Assembly: GCA_002692065.1 (NCBI GenBank)
Contig: NZJX01000011.1
Coordinates: 786 to 64,785 of the forward strand
DNA length: 64,000 nucleotides
Source: Flavobacteriales bacterium
GTDB lineage: Bacteria; Bacteroidota; Bacteroidia; Flavobacteriales; UBA7430
Direction of reading: 5' to 3'
Below, one piece after another: positions 27,920-38,715 of this stretch. Made by a program: the position numbers and the translations under genes. The notes below the pieces were generated by a model. That model saw nothing but the letters and a program-made list of their open reading frames with translations. It had not been told where the DNA came from and made no database searches. Each line of letters opens with the position of its first letter. Within the stretch, counting starts at the first letter, position 1.

Positions 27920-30151
27920 ATGGAATTTTTGACACAAAATCTAATTTACTTAGTACCTTTATTTGGAATAACTGGTCTATTTTTTATGTATATTAAGTCT
28001 TCTTGGATCAAGAAACAAAATACTGGAAATGAAAATATGCAAGAATTAGCTAACTATATAGCAGATGGGGCTATGGCTTTTCTTAAAGCAGAATGGAAAG
28101 TACTAACTTACTTCTCTTTGATTGCCAGTATATTACTATTTTACTCTGGAACACTTGTTGAAACATCTAGCCCAATTATTGCTTTATCATTTTTAATAGG
28201 AGCTATTTTTTCTGCTTTGGCAGGATACTTTGGAATGTCAATAGCAACTAAAGCTAATGTTAGAACTACAGAAGCTGCTAAAGAATCTCTTTCAAAAGCA
28301 TTAAAAGTTTCGTTTACCGGAGGGACAGTAATGGGTGTTGGTGTTGCTAGTTTAGCAATACTAGGTTTAGGTTTACTATTTATAGTTTTTTATAATTATT
28401 TCGTAATTAGTGTAGGTGCTTCAGCTGATAGCATTGAAATGGTTAAAACTCTTGAGGTTCTTGCTGGATTTTCTCTAGGTGCCGAGTCAATTGCTTTGTT
28501 CGCAAGAGTTGGAGGAGGGATTTATACTAAAGCTGCTGATGTAGGTGCTGATCTAGTTGGTAAAGTTGAAGCTGGAATCCCTGAAGATGATCCAAGGAAT
28601 CCTGCTACTATTGCTGATAACGTAGGTGATAATGTTGGAGATGTAGCAGGAATGGGCGCTGATTTATTTGGATCATATGTTGCTACAATACTTGCAACAA
28701 TGGTTCTGGGTCAAGAAATTTATTCAGAAGACTCATTTAATGGAATTGGCCCAATATTACTCCCAATGATTATCGCATCTCTAGGGTTACTATTTTCAAT
28801 TGTTGGAACATTTTTTGTAAAAATCAATAAAGAATCTGATTCAGTTCAAAGAGCTTTAAATATTGGAAATTGGAGTTCAAGTATTTTGACTTTAATCTCA
28901 TCATATTTTGTCGTTAACTGGATTTTACCTTCTTCAATGTCTATTAGAGGATATGAATTTACTTCAAATGATGTTTTCTTATCTATTTTTTTGGGATTAA
29001 CAGTAGGAACACTAATGTCTGTTATTACAGAATATTATACTGCAATGGGTAAAAGGCCAGTTAATTCAATAATTAACCAATCTTCAACTGGACATGCCAC
29101 AAATATTATTGGGGGACTTGCAATTGGAATGGAATCTACAGTTTTACCAACATTAATACTTTCTTTCGGGATTATTTTATCTTATTCTTTTGCTGGATTA
29201 TATGGTGTAGCTATTGCTGCTGCTGGTATGATGGCTACTACTGCAATGCAACTTGCTATTGACGCATTTGGCCCGATTGCTGATAATGCAGGTGGAATTG
29301 CAGAAATGAGTAGATTACCTAAAGAAGTCAGAGAAAGAACTGATAATCTTGATGCTGTTGGTAACACGACTGCAGCTGCTGGTAAAGGTTTCGCAATTGC
29401 CTCAGCTGCTCTAACTGCTCTTGCTTTATTTGCTGCTTTTGTAGGGATTTCTGGTATAGATAGTATTGATATTTTTAAAGCTCCAGTTCTTGGAATGCTC
29501 TTTATAGGAGCAATGATTCCTTTTATTTTCTCTTCACTAGCAATTGCTGCTGTTGGTAGAGCTGCAATGGATATGGTTAACGAAGTTAGAAGACAATTCA
29601 AAGATATACCTGGTATCATGGAGGGTAAAGCAAAGCCTGAATATGAAAAATGTGTTGATATTTCAACTAAAGCGTCAATAAGAGAGATGATTCTTCCTGG
29701 AGGAATTGCTTTAATTACTCCAATTATTGTCGGATTTGGATTCAAGGATATATTTGATGATGTTTCATCCGCAGAAATGCTTGGTGGTCTTCTTGCTGGA
29801 ACTACCGTTTCTGGAGTTCTAATGGGGATGTTTCAAAATAATGCAGGTGGAGCATGGGACAACGCAAAAAAATCATTTGAGGCAGGAGTTATTATAAATG
29901 GGAAAAAAGAATTTAAGGGGTCAGAAGCTCACAAAGCTTCTGTGACAGGAGATACTGTTGGAGACCCCTTTAAAGACACATCTGGGCCCTCAATGAATAT
30001 ATTAATAAAATTAATGTCAATAGTTTCTTTAGTAATTGCTCCTCACATAGCTGTAAATTCGAATCATAATAATACGCTTAACGATTTGAAAATTGAGAAA
30101 ACCTTTAATATAGAAAATACTAATGTTGATAATACAAAAAAATTAGATTAA
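27920..30151 (+). CDS. hppA: Membrane-bound ion-pumping pyrophosphatase, K+-dependent subtype
   Basis: 743 aa, multi-TM, with DNVGDNVGD motifs. [10 protein letters not shown] has Ala, not Lys, at the K+-dependence position. Confidence 0.95.
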   Translation: MEFLTQNLIYLVPLFGITGLFFMYIKSSWIKKQNTGNENMQELANYIADGAMAFLKAEWKVLTYFSLIASILLFYSGTLVETSSPIIALSFLIGAIFSALAGYFGMSIATKANVRTTEAAKESLSKALKVSFTGGTVMGVGVASLAILGLGLLFIVFYNYFVISVGASADSIEMVKTLEVLAGFSLGAESIALFARVGGGIYTKAADVGADLVGKVEAGIPEDDPRNPATIADNVGDNVGDVAGMGADLFGSYVATILATMVLGQEIYSEDSFNGIGPILLPMIIASLGLLFSIVGTFFVKINKESDSVQRALNIGNWSSSILTLISSYFVVNWILPSSMSIRGYEFTSNDVFLSIFLGLTVGTLMSVITEYYTAMGKRPVNSIINQSSTGHATNIIGGLAIGMESTVLPTLILSFGIILSYSFAGLYGVAIAAAGMMATTAMQLAIDAFGPIADNAGGIAEMSRLPKEVRERTDNLDAVGNTTAAAGKGFAIASAALTALALFAAFVGISGIDSIDIFKAPVLGMLFIGAMIPFIFSSLAIAAVGRAAMDMVNEVRRQFKDIPGIMEGKAKPEYEKCVDISTKASIREMILPGGIALITPIIVGFGFKDIFDDVSSAEMLGGLLAGTTVSGVLMGMFQNNAGGAWDNAKKSFEAGVIINGKKEFKGSEAHKASVTGDTVGDPFKDTSGPSMNILIKLMSIVSLVIAPHIAVNSNHNNTLNDLKIEKTFNIENTNVDNTKKLD

Positions 30152-30211
30152 TATTAAATAACATTCCACAAATAATTATTTTTCTTAATTTTCTTTTTAC
30201 TAAACTATCAA

Positions 30212-31471
30212 ATGAAAAGTAAAACTATTCGAAACCTTTCTATACTAGGGTTTATTACTATCTTTGGAATTATTAGTGTTCAAATATATTGGATTACTCA
30301 GGCCCTAAATTTACAAAAAAAAGAATTTCAAAATAGTGTTTTTATATCCTTAAGAAATGTTGCCAAAGATATTTCAAAATATAATAAAATGGATTTTCCA
30401 ATCGAAAATCCAGTCAAACAGATTTCCTCTGACTACTACATTGTAAATATAAGAGAAGCCATCGATGTAAATATTTTACAACTTTATCTGAAACAAGAAT
30501 TTTCAAAATATAATTTAAGACTTGACTATGAGTTCGCGATTTATGATTGTTTAAGTGACAAAATGGTTTATGGAAAGTATGTTTCATTTAATTATGAAAA
30601 TGAAGAACAATTAAGCAATGAAAATCTTCCAAAATATAACCAATTCACATACTATTTTGGAGTCCACTTCCCAAAAATTAATTCATATCTATTAGCAAGC
30701 AATAAGCTTTGGATTTTTTTTACTGTAATTTTATTTTTTTCAATTCTATTTTTCGTCTATTCAATTAATATTATCTTGAAACAAAAAAGACTTTCAGAGC
30801 TTCAAAAAAACTTCATAAATAATATGACTCATGAATTTAAGACCCCTATTTCAACTATTAATATTGCATCAAAAGCTTTAAATGATAATAATACAATTAA
30901 ATTAGATAAAAATTTATCAAATTATTCAAGCATCATATTCGAACAAAATCAAAGACTCAATTTGCAAATTGAAAAAATTTTAGAAATTGCCAAAATTGAG
31001 AGAGAAAAAATTAAACTTAAAAAAGAGTTAATCAATCTAAACGAAATAATTAAAAGTATAATAAATAGCATTAATTTATCGTTAATAGAATTAAATGCAG
31101 AAGTAATTTTGAATTTGTCAAATGATGATATTCTCATTAAATGTGATAAAATTCATTTATCAAATGTTTTATATAATATTGTAGATAACGCCTTAAAATA
31201 CTCGGAACCAAATCCAAAAATAACAATTGAAACATTATGTGAAAAAAATCATGCTATAATAAAAGTTTCCGATAATGGTGTCGGAATACCAAAAGAATTC
31301 ATTTCAAAAGTCTCAAATAAATTTTTTAGGGTCCCCACCGGTAAAATTCACAATGTTAAAGGATTTGGATTAGGTTTATTTTATGTAAATGAAATATGTA
31401 AAGCTCACAATTGGACATGGAAAATTAATTCTACTGAGAATTCAGGAACTGAAATAACTTTTAAAATATGA
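30212..31471 (+). CDS. Sensor histidine kinase
   Basis: Two TM segments, H-box HEFKTPIS, N-box, G1 DNGVGIP, G2 GFGLGL. Confidence 0.85.
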   Translation: MKSKTIRNLSILGFITIFGIISVQIYWITQALNLQKKEFQNSVFISLRNVAKDISKYNKMDFPIENPVKQISSDYYIVNIREAIDVNILQLYLKQEFSKYNLRLDYEFAIYDCLSDKMVYGKYVSFNYENEEQLSNENLPKYNQFTYYFGVHFPKINSYLLASNKLWIFFTVILFFSILFFVYSINIILKQKRLSELQKNFINNMTHEFKTPISTINIASKALNDNNTIKLDKNLSNYSSIIFEQNQRLNLQIEKILEIAKIEREKIKLKKELINLNEIIKSIINSINLSLIELNAEVILNLSNDDILIKCDKIHLSNVLYNIVDNALKYSEPNPKITIETLCEKNHAIIKVSDNGVGIPKEFISKVSNKFFRVPTGKIHNVKGFGLGLFYVNEICKAHNWTWKINSTENSGTEITFKI

Positions 31472-32154
31472 CTACTATTCTTTATGTTGAAGATGATGAA
31501 AAATTAAGCTTCGTAACAAAAGATCAGCTTGAAAAAAAAAATTATATAGTTGATAGCTTTACTGATGGATTTAGTGCTCTTAAAGGATTTAAAAAGAAAA
31601 AATATGATATTTGTATTCTAGACGTAATGCTTCCAATTATTGATGGATTTTCACTAGCAAAAAGAATTAGACAAATTAATGAAGAAATACCAATAATATT
31701 TTTAACTGCTAGATCCTTAACAGAGGACAAAATTGAAGGCTTAAAATTAGGAGGAGACGATTATATAACAAAGCCATATGATATGGAAGAACTTTTTCTA
31801 AAAATAGAAATTTTTTTAAAAAGAAAGAAAATTTATAACCTAAAAACTTTTAAAGAAATAATTAGGATTGGTGATTATAATTTAAATATACCTAATCAAA
31901 TTTTATCAATAAATTCCGTAGAAAAAAAATTAACCCTGAAAGAGACAAAATTATTAAAAATTCTTCATGAAAATCAGAATAATATTATGACAAGGAAAGA
32001 AATACTCACTGAACTTTGGGGAAAAGATGATTACTTCTTGGGAAGGAGTTTAGATGTTTTTATATCCAGATTAAGAAAGTATTTAAAAAAAGATATAAAA
32101 ATATCAATAGAAAATATTAGAGGTGTGGGATTTAAATTAAAAACTTTCTCATAA
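31468..32154 (+). CDS. OmpR/PhoB-type response regulator
   Basis: Receiver domain (ILDVMLP phospho-Asp) plus a winged-helix C-terminus. ATGA overlap with the kinase gene. Confidence 0.9.
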   Translation: MTTILYVEDDEKLSFVTKDQLEKKNYIVDSFTDGFSALKGFKKKKYDICILDVMLPIIDGFSLAKRIRQINEEIPIIFLTARSLTEDKIEGLKLGGDDYITKPYDMEELFLKIEIFLKRKKIYNLKTFKEIIRIGDYNLNIPNQILSINSVEKKLTLKETKLLKILHENQNNIMTRKEILTELWGKDDYFLGRSLDVFISRLRKYLKKDIKISIENIRGVGFKLKTFS

Positions 32155-33255
32155 TTAAATTGTTCCTCTTTTTTTTTGTTCTAATTCTATGGCTTCAAAC
32201 AAAGCTTTAAAGTTCCCTTTCCCAAAAGAATTTGAGCCTTTTCTTTGAATAATTTCAAAAAAGAAAGTTGGTCTATCCATAACTGGTTTTGTGAATATTT
32301 GTAAGAGATATCCCTCTTCATCCTTATCAACTAATATTCCAAGATTTGTTAAAATACTAATATCTTCATCAATATGGCCACATCTTTCAAATAAATTATC
32401 ATAATAGGTTTCTGGTACTTCAAGAAATTCAACTCCTTTTGATCTCATATTTTTAACGGAAAAAATTATATCCTCAGATAATAAAGCAATATGTTGACAA
32501 CCTGAACCATTGTAAAATTCAATAAATTCTTCTATTTGAGATTTTTTTATTCCTTTAGCTGGTTCATTAATTGGAAATTTAATTTTATTATTACTATTAA
32601 TCATTACTTTACTCATTAAAGCTGTATATTTTGTTGATATATCTTTGTCATCAAAAGTAATTAAATTTGAAAATCCCATTACAGTTGAATAAAAGTTAAC
32701 CCACTTATTCATTTGATTCCAACCTACATTAGCGACAACATGATCAATATTTTTCAAACGAAAATCAATTTGTGATTTTATCTTTTTAAATTTTTTAAAT
32801 CCAGGTAAAAATATACCATTATAATTTTTTCTTTCGACAAATAAATGGACAGTATCTCCATATACTTTGATTCCTGAAATAATAATCTCCCCATTTTTAT
32901 CATGTATTAATTTTGGTAAAAGATATTTTTCTGCCCCCTTGTTGACTGTATTGAGATATGCTAATTTTGAATCCTCTACTAAAAAAGCAATAAATTTAAC
33001 TCCATCTCCATGACTTTTAACATGGTCTGAAATCTCACTATTTGGAATTAAACTTGAAGTTAAAACTAGCCTAATGTTGTGCTGAACTAGTAAATACGAT
33101 ATTTTTCTTTTATCTCCTGTTTCAAGTCCAGAAAAAGCAATAATTTCAAATCCAAAATAATCTTGATAAAAATATGCAGCTTGCTTAGCGTTACCAACAT
33201 AAAATTCTATAAAATCAATTTCTAATAAAGGTAAATTATTGTTTTTATTTTGCAT
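32155..33255 (-). CDS. hppD: 4-hydroxyphenylpyruvate dioxygenase
   Basis: Two VOC modules. C-terminal FFFEIIQRKG..FGKGNFKALFEAIE. ATG 33255 is preferred to the TTG at 33285, which overlaps hmgA. Confidence 0.9.
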   Translation of the reverse strand: MQNKNNNLPLLEIDFIEFYVGNAKQAAYFYQDYFGFEIIAFSGLETGDKRKISYLLVQHNIRLVLTSSLIPNSEISDHVKSHGDGVKFIAFLVEDSKLAYLNTVNKGAEKYLLPKLIHDKNGEIIISGIKVYGDTVHLFVERKNYNGIFLPGFKKFKKIKSQIDFRLKNIDHVVANVGWNQMNKWVNFYSTVMGFSNLITFDDKDISTKYTALMSKVMINSNNKIKFPINEPAKGIKKSQIEEFIEFYNGSGCQHIALLSEDIIFSVKNMRSKGVEFLEVPETYYDNLFERCGHIDEDISILTNLGILVDKDEEGYLLQIFTKPVMDRPTFFFEIIQRKGSNSFGKGNFKALFEAIELEQKKRGTI

Positions 33256-33263
33256 TTCTATAT

Positions 33264-34430
33264 TTAGATTAAATTTTCTTTCCAAGATTTATAATAATTT
33301 TTATCTTCAAGATCGATTACATTTTTTGATATTTTTAATGGATTGAATGTGTCAACCATAACTGCTAATTCATTAGTTTGTTTTTTACCTATACTATTCT
33401 CTGTAGCTCCTGGATGTGGACCATGGGGTATCCCCTGAGGATGTAATGATATATAACCAATCATACTTTTATTTCTACTCATGAAATCCCCATCAACATA
33501 AAAGATAACTTCGTCTGAATCAATATTACTATGGTGATATGGTGCTGGGATTGAATTAGGGTGATAATCATAAATTCTAGGACAAAAAGAACAAATTACA
33601 AAACTTTTTGAAGCAAACGTCTGATGTATTGGAGGTGGCATATGTATTCTTCCTGTAATAGGTTCAAAATCATGAATTGAGAAAATATATGGAAAATTGT
33701 AGCCATCCCAACCAACTAAATCAAATGGATGAGTCTCATAAATAAAGTTATGAACAATATTATGTTTTTTTATCTTTATCAAAAATGTACCAGATTTATC
33801 ATAAGTTTCGAGTTCGCTGGGTGTTTTTAAATCTCTCTCACAAAATGGTGCACTTTCTAATAATTGACCAGATTCGTTTAAATATCTTTTTGGAAAGGTT
33901 ATTTTATCACCAGATTCAACTATAAACCATCTATTCTCATTAGAACTAAAGTTAACTTGATAAATTATCCCTTTAGGAACAAAAATATAGTCTCCACTTT
34001 TAAAATCAAGATTTCCCATCATTGATCTAAATTTGCCTTTACCTTTATGAACAAAAATGACCTCGTTAGCGTCAGCATTTTTATAAAAATAATCTTCTAA
34101 TGATTGTGAGGACGAAAAAAGAGATATTTTACAATCATCATTTGATAATATACTTCTCCTAGATTTTATATAATCACTTTTTGAATCTAATTTACTTGAA
34201 TCAAATAATCTTGGATGAAGAGTTTTGATATCTAAAAAGTAATCTTTGATATTTTCAGTTTTGTCAATATTAGATATTCTAGTTGGCCTATTAATATGAT
34301 ATAGTAATGATGATAAACCATGAAATCCTTCATTTCCAAAGAGTTCTTCATAATATAATTTTCCACCTTTACTTTTAAATACTGTGTGACGTTTTTTTGG
34401 GATATTACCAAGTTTTTTGTAAAATGGCAT
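33264..34430 (-). CDS. hmgA: Homogentisate 1,2-dioxygenase
   Basis: 388-aa cupin with N-terminal LYYEELFGNEGFHG and C-terminal SLHPQGIPHGPHPG motifs. Confidence 0.9.
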   Translation of the reverse strand: MPFYKKLGNIPKKRHTVFKSKGGKLYYEELFGNEGFHGLSSLLYHINRPTRISNIDKTENIKDYFLDIKTLHPRLFDSSKLDSKSDYIKSRRSILSNDDCKISLFSSSQSLEDYFYKNADANEVIFVHKGKGKFRSMMGNLDFKSGDYIFVPKGIIYQVNFSSNENRWFIVESGDKITFPKRYLNESGQLLESAPFCERDLKTPSELETYDKSGTFLIKIKKHNIVHNFIYETHPFDLVGWDGYNFPYIFSIHDFEPITGRIHMPPPIHQTFASKSFVICSFCPRIYDYHPNSIPAPYHHSNIDSDEVIFYVDGDFMSRNKSMIGYISLHPQGIPHGPHPGATENSIGKKQTNELAVMVDTFNPLKISKNVIDLEDKNYYKSWKENLI

Positions 34431-34453
34431 CTTATTAAATTTAAATTATTTAT

Positions 34454-34461
34454 CAAATATA
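34454..34461 (-). promoter_or_regulatory. -7 promoter box (CAAATATA on + strand) for hmgA-hppD
   Basis: Exact TAnnTTTG on the minus strand, 23 nt upstream of the hmgA ATG. Confidence 0.4.
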
Positions 34462-34557
34462 TCATTAAATATATAATTTAATCGTTTTGACATACTACGA
34501 ATATTAATTTAATATTTAAATTAATAATTTAATTTATCACAACTTTTTCAAATATCG

Positions 34558-34565
34558 TATATTTG
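34558..34565 (+). promoter_or_regulatory. -7 promoter box TATATTTG for tdh
   Basis: Exact TAnnTTTG 18 nt upstream of ATG 34584. The track's TTG start at 34563 lies inside this box. Confidence 0.45.
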
Positions 34566-34583
34566 AAAAATAAGATTGATTTA

Positions 34584-35552
34584 ATGTATAATAATAAAAT
34601 ATTAATAATTGGAGCTCTAGGCCAGATTGGGAGTGAACTTACATTCAAGCTTGCGAATATTTATGGTGAATCAAAAATAATTGCAAGTGATATTAAACTT
34701 ACAAAAAAAAAAAAATTTGGAAATATTAAGTATTTACATCTTAATATTCTTGACAGAAAATCATTATTTGATCTTGTAAAAAAATATAATATTAATGAAA
34801 TATATTTATTAGCAGCAAGTCTTTCATATAGGGCTGAAAATAATATTTATGAAAGTTGGCTTCTAAATACTAACTCTTTATTAAATGTCTTAGAGGTTGC
34901 CAGAATTTTTAAAATAAAGAAAATATTTTGGCCTAGTTCTATTGCAGTTTTCGGGAATACCTCTGAAAAAATAAATACTCCACAAATAGGAATAATTGAA
35001 CCTAATTCAATTTATGGGATTACAAAGCTTGCTGGAGAAAGATTGTGTGAATACTATTTCAACAAATTTAACTTAGATATTAGGAGTCTCCGATTACCTG
35101 GTTTAATTAGCTGGAAGACACTACCAGGTGGAGGCACTACTGACTATGCAGTAGATATTTTTCATCATGCTATTCAAAATAAAAATTATACCTGCTTTTT
35201 AAAAAGAAATACTGTATTACCAATGATGTATATTGATGATGCAATTAATGCAATAATAATATTAATGACAAATGATCAAAAAAAAATAACAATCAGAACA
35301 TCATATAATATCTCTGGAATTAGCTTCAGTCCAAATAATTTGTATGATGAAATAAAAAAATATAAACCTGAATTTAAAATTAAATACAAACCTGATATTA
35401 GGCAAGATATTGCAGATAGCTGGCCTCAATCTTTGGATGACTCAAATGCAAGAAAAGATTGGAATTGGCATCGAAATTTTGATTTATCATCAATAGTCAA
35501 AACTATGTTTAAAAATCTTGATAAAAGTATAAAGATAAATTATGATGAATAA
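34584..35552 (+). CDS. tdh: L-threonine 3-dehydrogenase (GalE-like extended SDR type)
   Basis: [14 protein letters not shown]...[15 protein letters not shown], and [24 protein letters not shown], which closely matches the eukaryote/bacterial SDR-type TDH signature. Confidence 0.8.
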   Translation: MYNNKILIIGALGQIGSELTFKLANIYGESKIIASDIKLTKKKKFGNIKYLHLNILDRKSLFDLVKKYNINEIYLLAASLSYRAENNIYESWLLNTNSLLNVLEVARIFKIKKIFWPSSIAVFGNTSEKINTPQIGIIEPNSIYGITKLAGERLCEYYFNKFNLDIRSLRLPGLISWKTLPGGGTTDYAVDIFHHAIQNKNYTCFLKRNTVLPMMYIDDAINAIIILMTNDQKKITIRTSYNISGISFSPNNLYDEIKKYKPEFKIKYKPDIRQDIADSWPQSLDDSNARKDWNWHRNFDLSSIVKTMFKNLDKSIKINYDE

Positions 35553-37014
35553 CCTTAAAATATACAACACCCAGTCTAAAAAGAAAGAAACTTTTACACC
35601 AGTTAACAATGGTAAAGTTGGAATGTATGTTTGTGGTCCAACAGTTTATGGAAATGCTCACCTAGGTCATGCAAGACCAGGAATAACTTTTGATATAGTT
35701 TATAGATATTTATTACATCTTGGATATAAAGTCAGATATGTGAGAAATATTACTGATGTTGGACATTTGGTAAATGATTTAGATGAAGGGGAGGATAAAA
35801 TTATAAAAAAGGCAAAAATTGACAACCTTGAACCAATGGAAGTAGTTGCAAATTATACCAGATCTTATCACACAGATATGAAAAAACTAAATAATTTAGA
35901 TCCAAGTATTGAGCCAACTGCTACTGGTCACATAATTGAGCAAATAGAATTAATAAAAGACATAATATCAAAAGGTTATGCATATGAAAGTAATGGAGAT
36001 GTTTATTTTGATGTTTCCAAATACAATGAAAGATATAACTATGGTAAACTTTCTGGACGAAATATTGAGGATCTAATATCAAATACAAGAATTCTTGATG
36101 GTCAATCAAGTAAGAAAAAAAATGAAGACTTTGCTTTATGGAAAAAAGCAAAAAAAAATCATATCATGTCTTGGCCATCACCTTGGTCAAAAGGTTTCCC
36201 TGGGTGGCATATTGAATGCTCTGCTATGAGCTTAAAATATTTAGGCAGTTCTTTTGATATTCATGGAGGAGGGATGGATCTAATTTTTCCTCATCACGAA
36301 GCTGAAATTGCTCAGTCATCAGTTTCAACTGGTCAAGATCCAGTAAAATATTGGATGCATAATAATATGATAACTATAAATGGTCAAAAGATGGGTAAAT
36401 CTCTTGGTAACTTTATAACTCTTGATGAGTTTTTTACAGGTCAACATGAAAAATTATCTAAATCTTTTAGCCCAACTACTATAAGATTTTTTATCCTCCA
36501 AGCTCACTATAGATCTCCACTAGATTTTTCAAATATGGCATTAGAATCATCTGAAAAAGGTCTTCAAAAATTATTAAGATCAATTAATACTTTAGAAAAA
36601 ATTAAACCCTCCAAAAAAAATTCTGTAAATACCAATTCGTATAAAAAATTATTCTATGAAGCAATAAATGATGATTTTAATACTCCTATTTTAATTTCTT
36701 ATATTTTTGATGTTGTTAAACTAATTAACAATATTAAAACGAATAAAGTTTTCATTGATAAAAAAAATAAAAATGAATTGATTTTACTAATGAAGACATT
36801 TTGTTTTGATATACTTGGGCTTAAAAATAATAAAGTTAGTACTTCAAAAAAAGAGGATTTTTCTAAATTAATAAAAATTTTGATTCAAATTAGAGCAACT
36901 GCAAAAGAAGATAAAAATTATACTTTAGCTGACTCAATAAGATCAAAATTGGAAAGGTTAAATATTGTAATAAATGATAACAAAGAGGGAACTAATTGGG
37001 ATTTTGATACATAA
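35542..37014 (+). CDS. cysS: Cysteine--tRNA ligase
   Basis: [14 protein letters not shown], zinc-site CGPT. Confidence 0.97.
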   Translation: MMNNLKIYNTQSKKKETFTPVNNGKVGMYVCGPTVYGNAHLGHARPGITFDIVYRYLLHLGYKVRYVRNITDVGHLVNDLDEGEDKIIKKAKIDNLEPMEVVANYTRSYHTDMKKLNNLDPSIEPTATGHIIEQIELIKDIISKGYAYESNGDVYFDVSKYNERYNYGKLSGRNIEDLISNTRILDGQSSKKKNEDFALWKKAKKNHIMSWPSPWSKGFPGWHIECSAMSLKYLGSSFDIHGGGMDLIFPHHEAEIAQSSVSTGQDPVKYWMHNNMITINGQKMGKSLGNFITLDEFFTGQHEKLSKSFSPTTIRFFILQAHYRSPLDFSNMALESSEKGLQKLLRSINTLEKIKPSKKNSVNTNSYKKLFYEAINDDFNTPILISYIFDVVKLINNIKTNKVFIDKKNKNELILLMKTFCFDILGLKNNKVSTSKKEDFSKLIKILIQIRATAKEDKNYTLADSIRSKLERLNIVINDNKEGTNWDFDT

Positions 37015-37023
37015 ATTAATCAA

Positions 37024-38010
37024 ATGATTTTTAATTATAAATGTCTAAAATATTATCTATTTATATCTTTAATCTCATGTAATTTGAATAGAGATCAAGA
37101 TACTATTAAAAATAATCAGAATAGTATTATGATTCCCGCATTTAATCAAGACTCAGCTTATAAAAATATATCTGATCAAGTTAACTTTGGACCAAGGGTA
37201 CCAGGGTCGGAAGAACATTATAAATGTAAAAATTATATATCAAAAAAACTTTCAAATTATTGTGATACTTTAATATTACAGGATTTTGAGGCAGTAACTT
37301 TTGATAATAAAATTTTAAATTCAACAAATATTATTGGTTCTTTCTCTCCTAATAAAGCTAAAAGAATTTTATTGTGCGCTCATTGGGATACAAGACCGTT
37401 TGCTGACCAAGACTCAATAAATAAAAATAAACCAATTATTGGAGCAAATGATGGAGCAAGTGGTGTGGGTGTACTCATAGAAATTGCAAGACAATTTTCA
37501 ATTTTAAAGCCTAAAATTGGAGTAGATATAATTTTTTTTGATGTTGAAGACTATGGTCAACCAGATGACAGTGATTTACCAAGAGTTGATAATTCATATT
37601 GTTTAGGATCTCAATACTGGTCTAATAACCCCCACAAGAGAAATTATTTTGCAAAATATGGCATTTTATTAGATATGGTAGGAGGGGAAAAAGCTGTTTT
37701 TACTCAAGAACTGGCATCAGTTGAATTTGCACCAAAAGTATTAAGTAAAGTTTGGTTAACTGGTATTCAACTTGGATTTAATGACTATTTTTCTTTTGAA
37801 AAAACTGGATTAATTGTTGATGATCACTTATATATTAACAATTTGAGTAAAGGACGGGTTCCTACGATAAATATAATTGAGCATGACAAAAAAACAAAAT
37901 CAAAGTTCTATAAGCATTGGCATACTCACAATGATAATATTGAGAATATTGATAGGCAAACACTCAAAGTTGTTGGACAGACCTTATTACATGTAATTTA
38001 CAATGAATGA
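37024..38010 (+). CDS. Glutaminyl-peptide cyclotransferase-like M28 lipoprotein
   Basis: Lipobox LISC, CAHWDTRPFAD, GANDGASGVGVLIEIAR, FFDVEDYG. Resembles the animal-type QC found as a lipoprotein in Bacteroidota. Confidence 0.7.
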   Translation: MIFNYKCLKYYLFISLISCNLNRDQDTIKNNQNSIMIPAFNQDSAYKNISDQVNFGPRVPGSEEHYKCKNYISKKLSNYCDTLILQDFEAVTFDNKILNSTNIIGSFSPNKAKRILLCAHWDTRPFADQDSINKNKPIIGANDGASGVGVLIEIARQFSILKPKIGVDIIFFDVEDYGQPDDSDLPRVDNSYCLGSQYWSNNPHKRNYFAKYGILLDMVGGEKAVFTQELASVEFAPKVLSKVWLTGIQLGFNDYFSFEKTGLIVDDHLYINNLSKGRVPTINIIEHDKKTKSKFYKHWHTHNDNIENIDRQTLKVVGQTLLHVIYNE

Positions 38011-38023
38011 GATTGTTAAACTA

Positions 38024-38620
38024 TTATGCATTATTAAATTTATGTTCAACTTTAGACCAATCAATTACATTAAAGAAAGCATTAATATAATCTGGTCTTC
38101 TATTTTGATAATTAAGATAATAAGCGTGTTCCCAAACATCTAAACATAAAATTGGAGTTCCATCACAACCAACTCCTTTCATTAAGGGGTTATCTTGATT
38201 TGGAGTTGAACATACCTCTAATTTACCAGACTTGGCGCATAACCATGCCCATCCAGAACCAAATCTGGATGATGCAGCATTGGTAAAAACCTCTTTAAAT
38301 GAATCAAATGAACTGAAGTCTCTTTCAATTACTTTTAGAAAAGTATTTGATGGCATACTTGCGTTTGGCGTTAAAATATCCCAAAATAAACAATGATTAT
38401 AAAAACCTCCACCATTATTTCTAACTGCAGCAGATAAAATTCCAGCAGATAAAATTTCTTCTATATTTTTATTTTTCAAATCTGTACCTTCTATTGCTGA
38501 GTTTAATTTATTTGTGTAACCGGCATGATGTTTAGAATAATGAATTTCCATTGTTAAAGCATCAATATGAGGTTCTAGTGCATTAAACGCAAAATTAAGT
38601 TTTGGAAGTTTGAATGTCAT
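38024..38620 (-). CDS. sodA: Superoxide dismutase, Mn-type signature
   Basis: HHAGY, RNNGGGFYNHCLFW, NQDNP, DVWEHAYY. Confidence 0.93.
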   Translation of the reverse strand: MTFKLPKLNFAFNALEPHIDALTMEIHYSKHHAGYTNKLNSAIEGTDLKNKNIEEILSAGILSAAVRNNGGGFYNHCLFWDILTPNASMPSNTFLKVIERDFSSFDSFKEVFTNAASSRFGSGWAWLCAKSGKLEVCSTPNQDNPLMKGVGCDGTPILCLDVWEHAYYLNYQNRRPDYINAFFNVIDWSKVEHKFNNA

Positions 38621-38642
38621 ATGTTATTTTTTTAAATTTTTT

Positions 38643-38650
38643 CAAAGATA
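38643..38650 (-). promoter_or_regulatory. -7 promoter box (CAAAGATA on + strand) for sodA
   Basis: Exact TAnnTTTG on the minus strand, 22 nt upstream of the sodA ATG. Confidence 0.4.
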
Positions 38651-38688
38651 CAAAATTTAATAATGTAATTTTTTAAAATAAATTTTAA

Positions 38689-38696
38689 TATTTTTG
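38689..38696 (+). promoter_or_regulatory. -7 promoter box TATTTTTG for rfbBACD
   Basis: Exact TAnnTTTG 19 nt upstream of ATG 38716. Confidence 0.45.
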
Positions 38697-38715
38697 AAAT
38701 ATTGAACATAATTTT

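Noticed and set aside
29182-29745. 187-aa minus-strand ORF inside hppA
   Set aside because: It lies entirely antisense to a strongly conserved pyrophosphatase segment. Its low-complexity Ala/Ile/Pro-rich translation is typical of a shadow frame in a GC-richer, Ala/Gly-rich gene.
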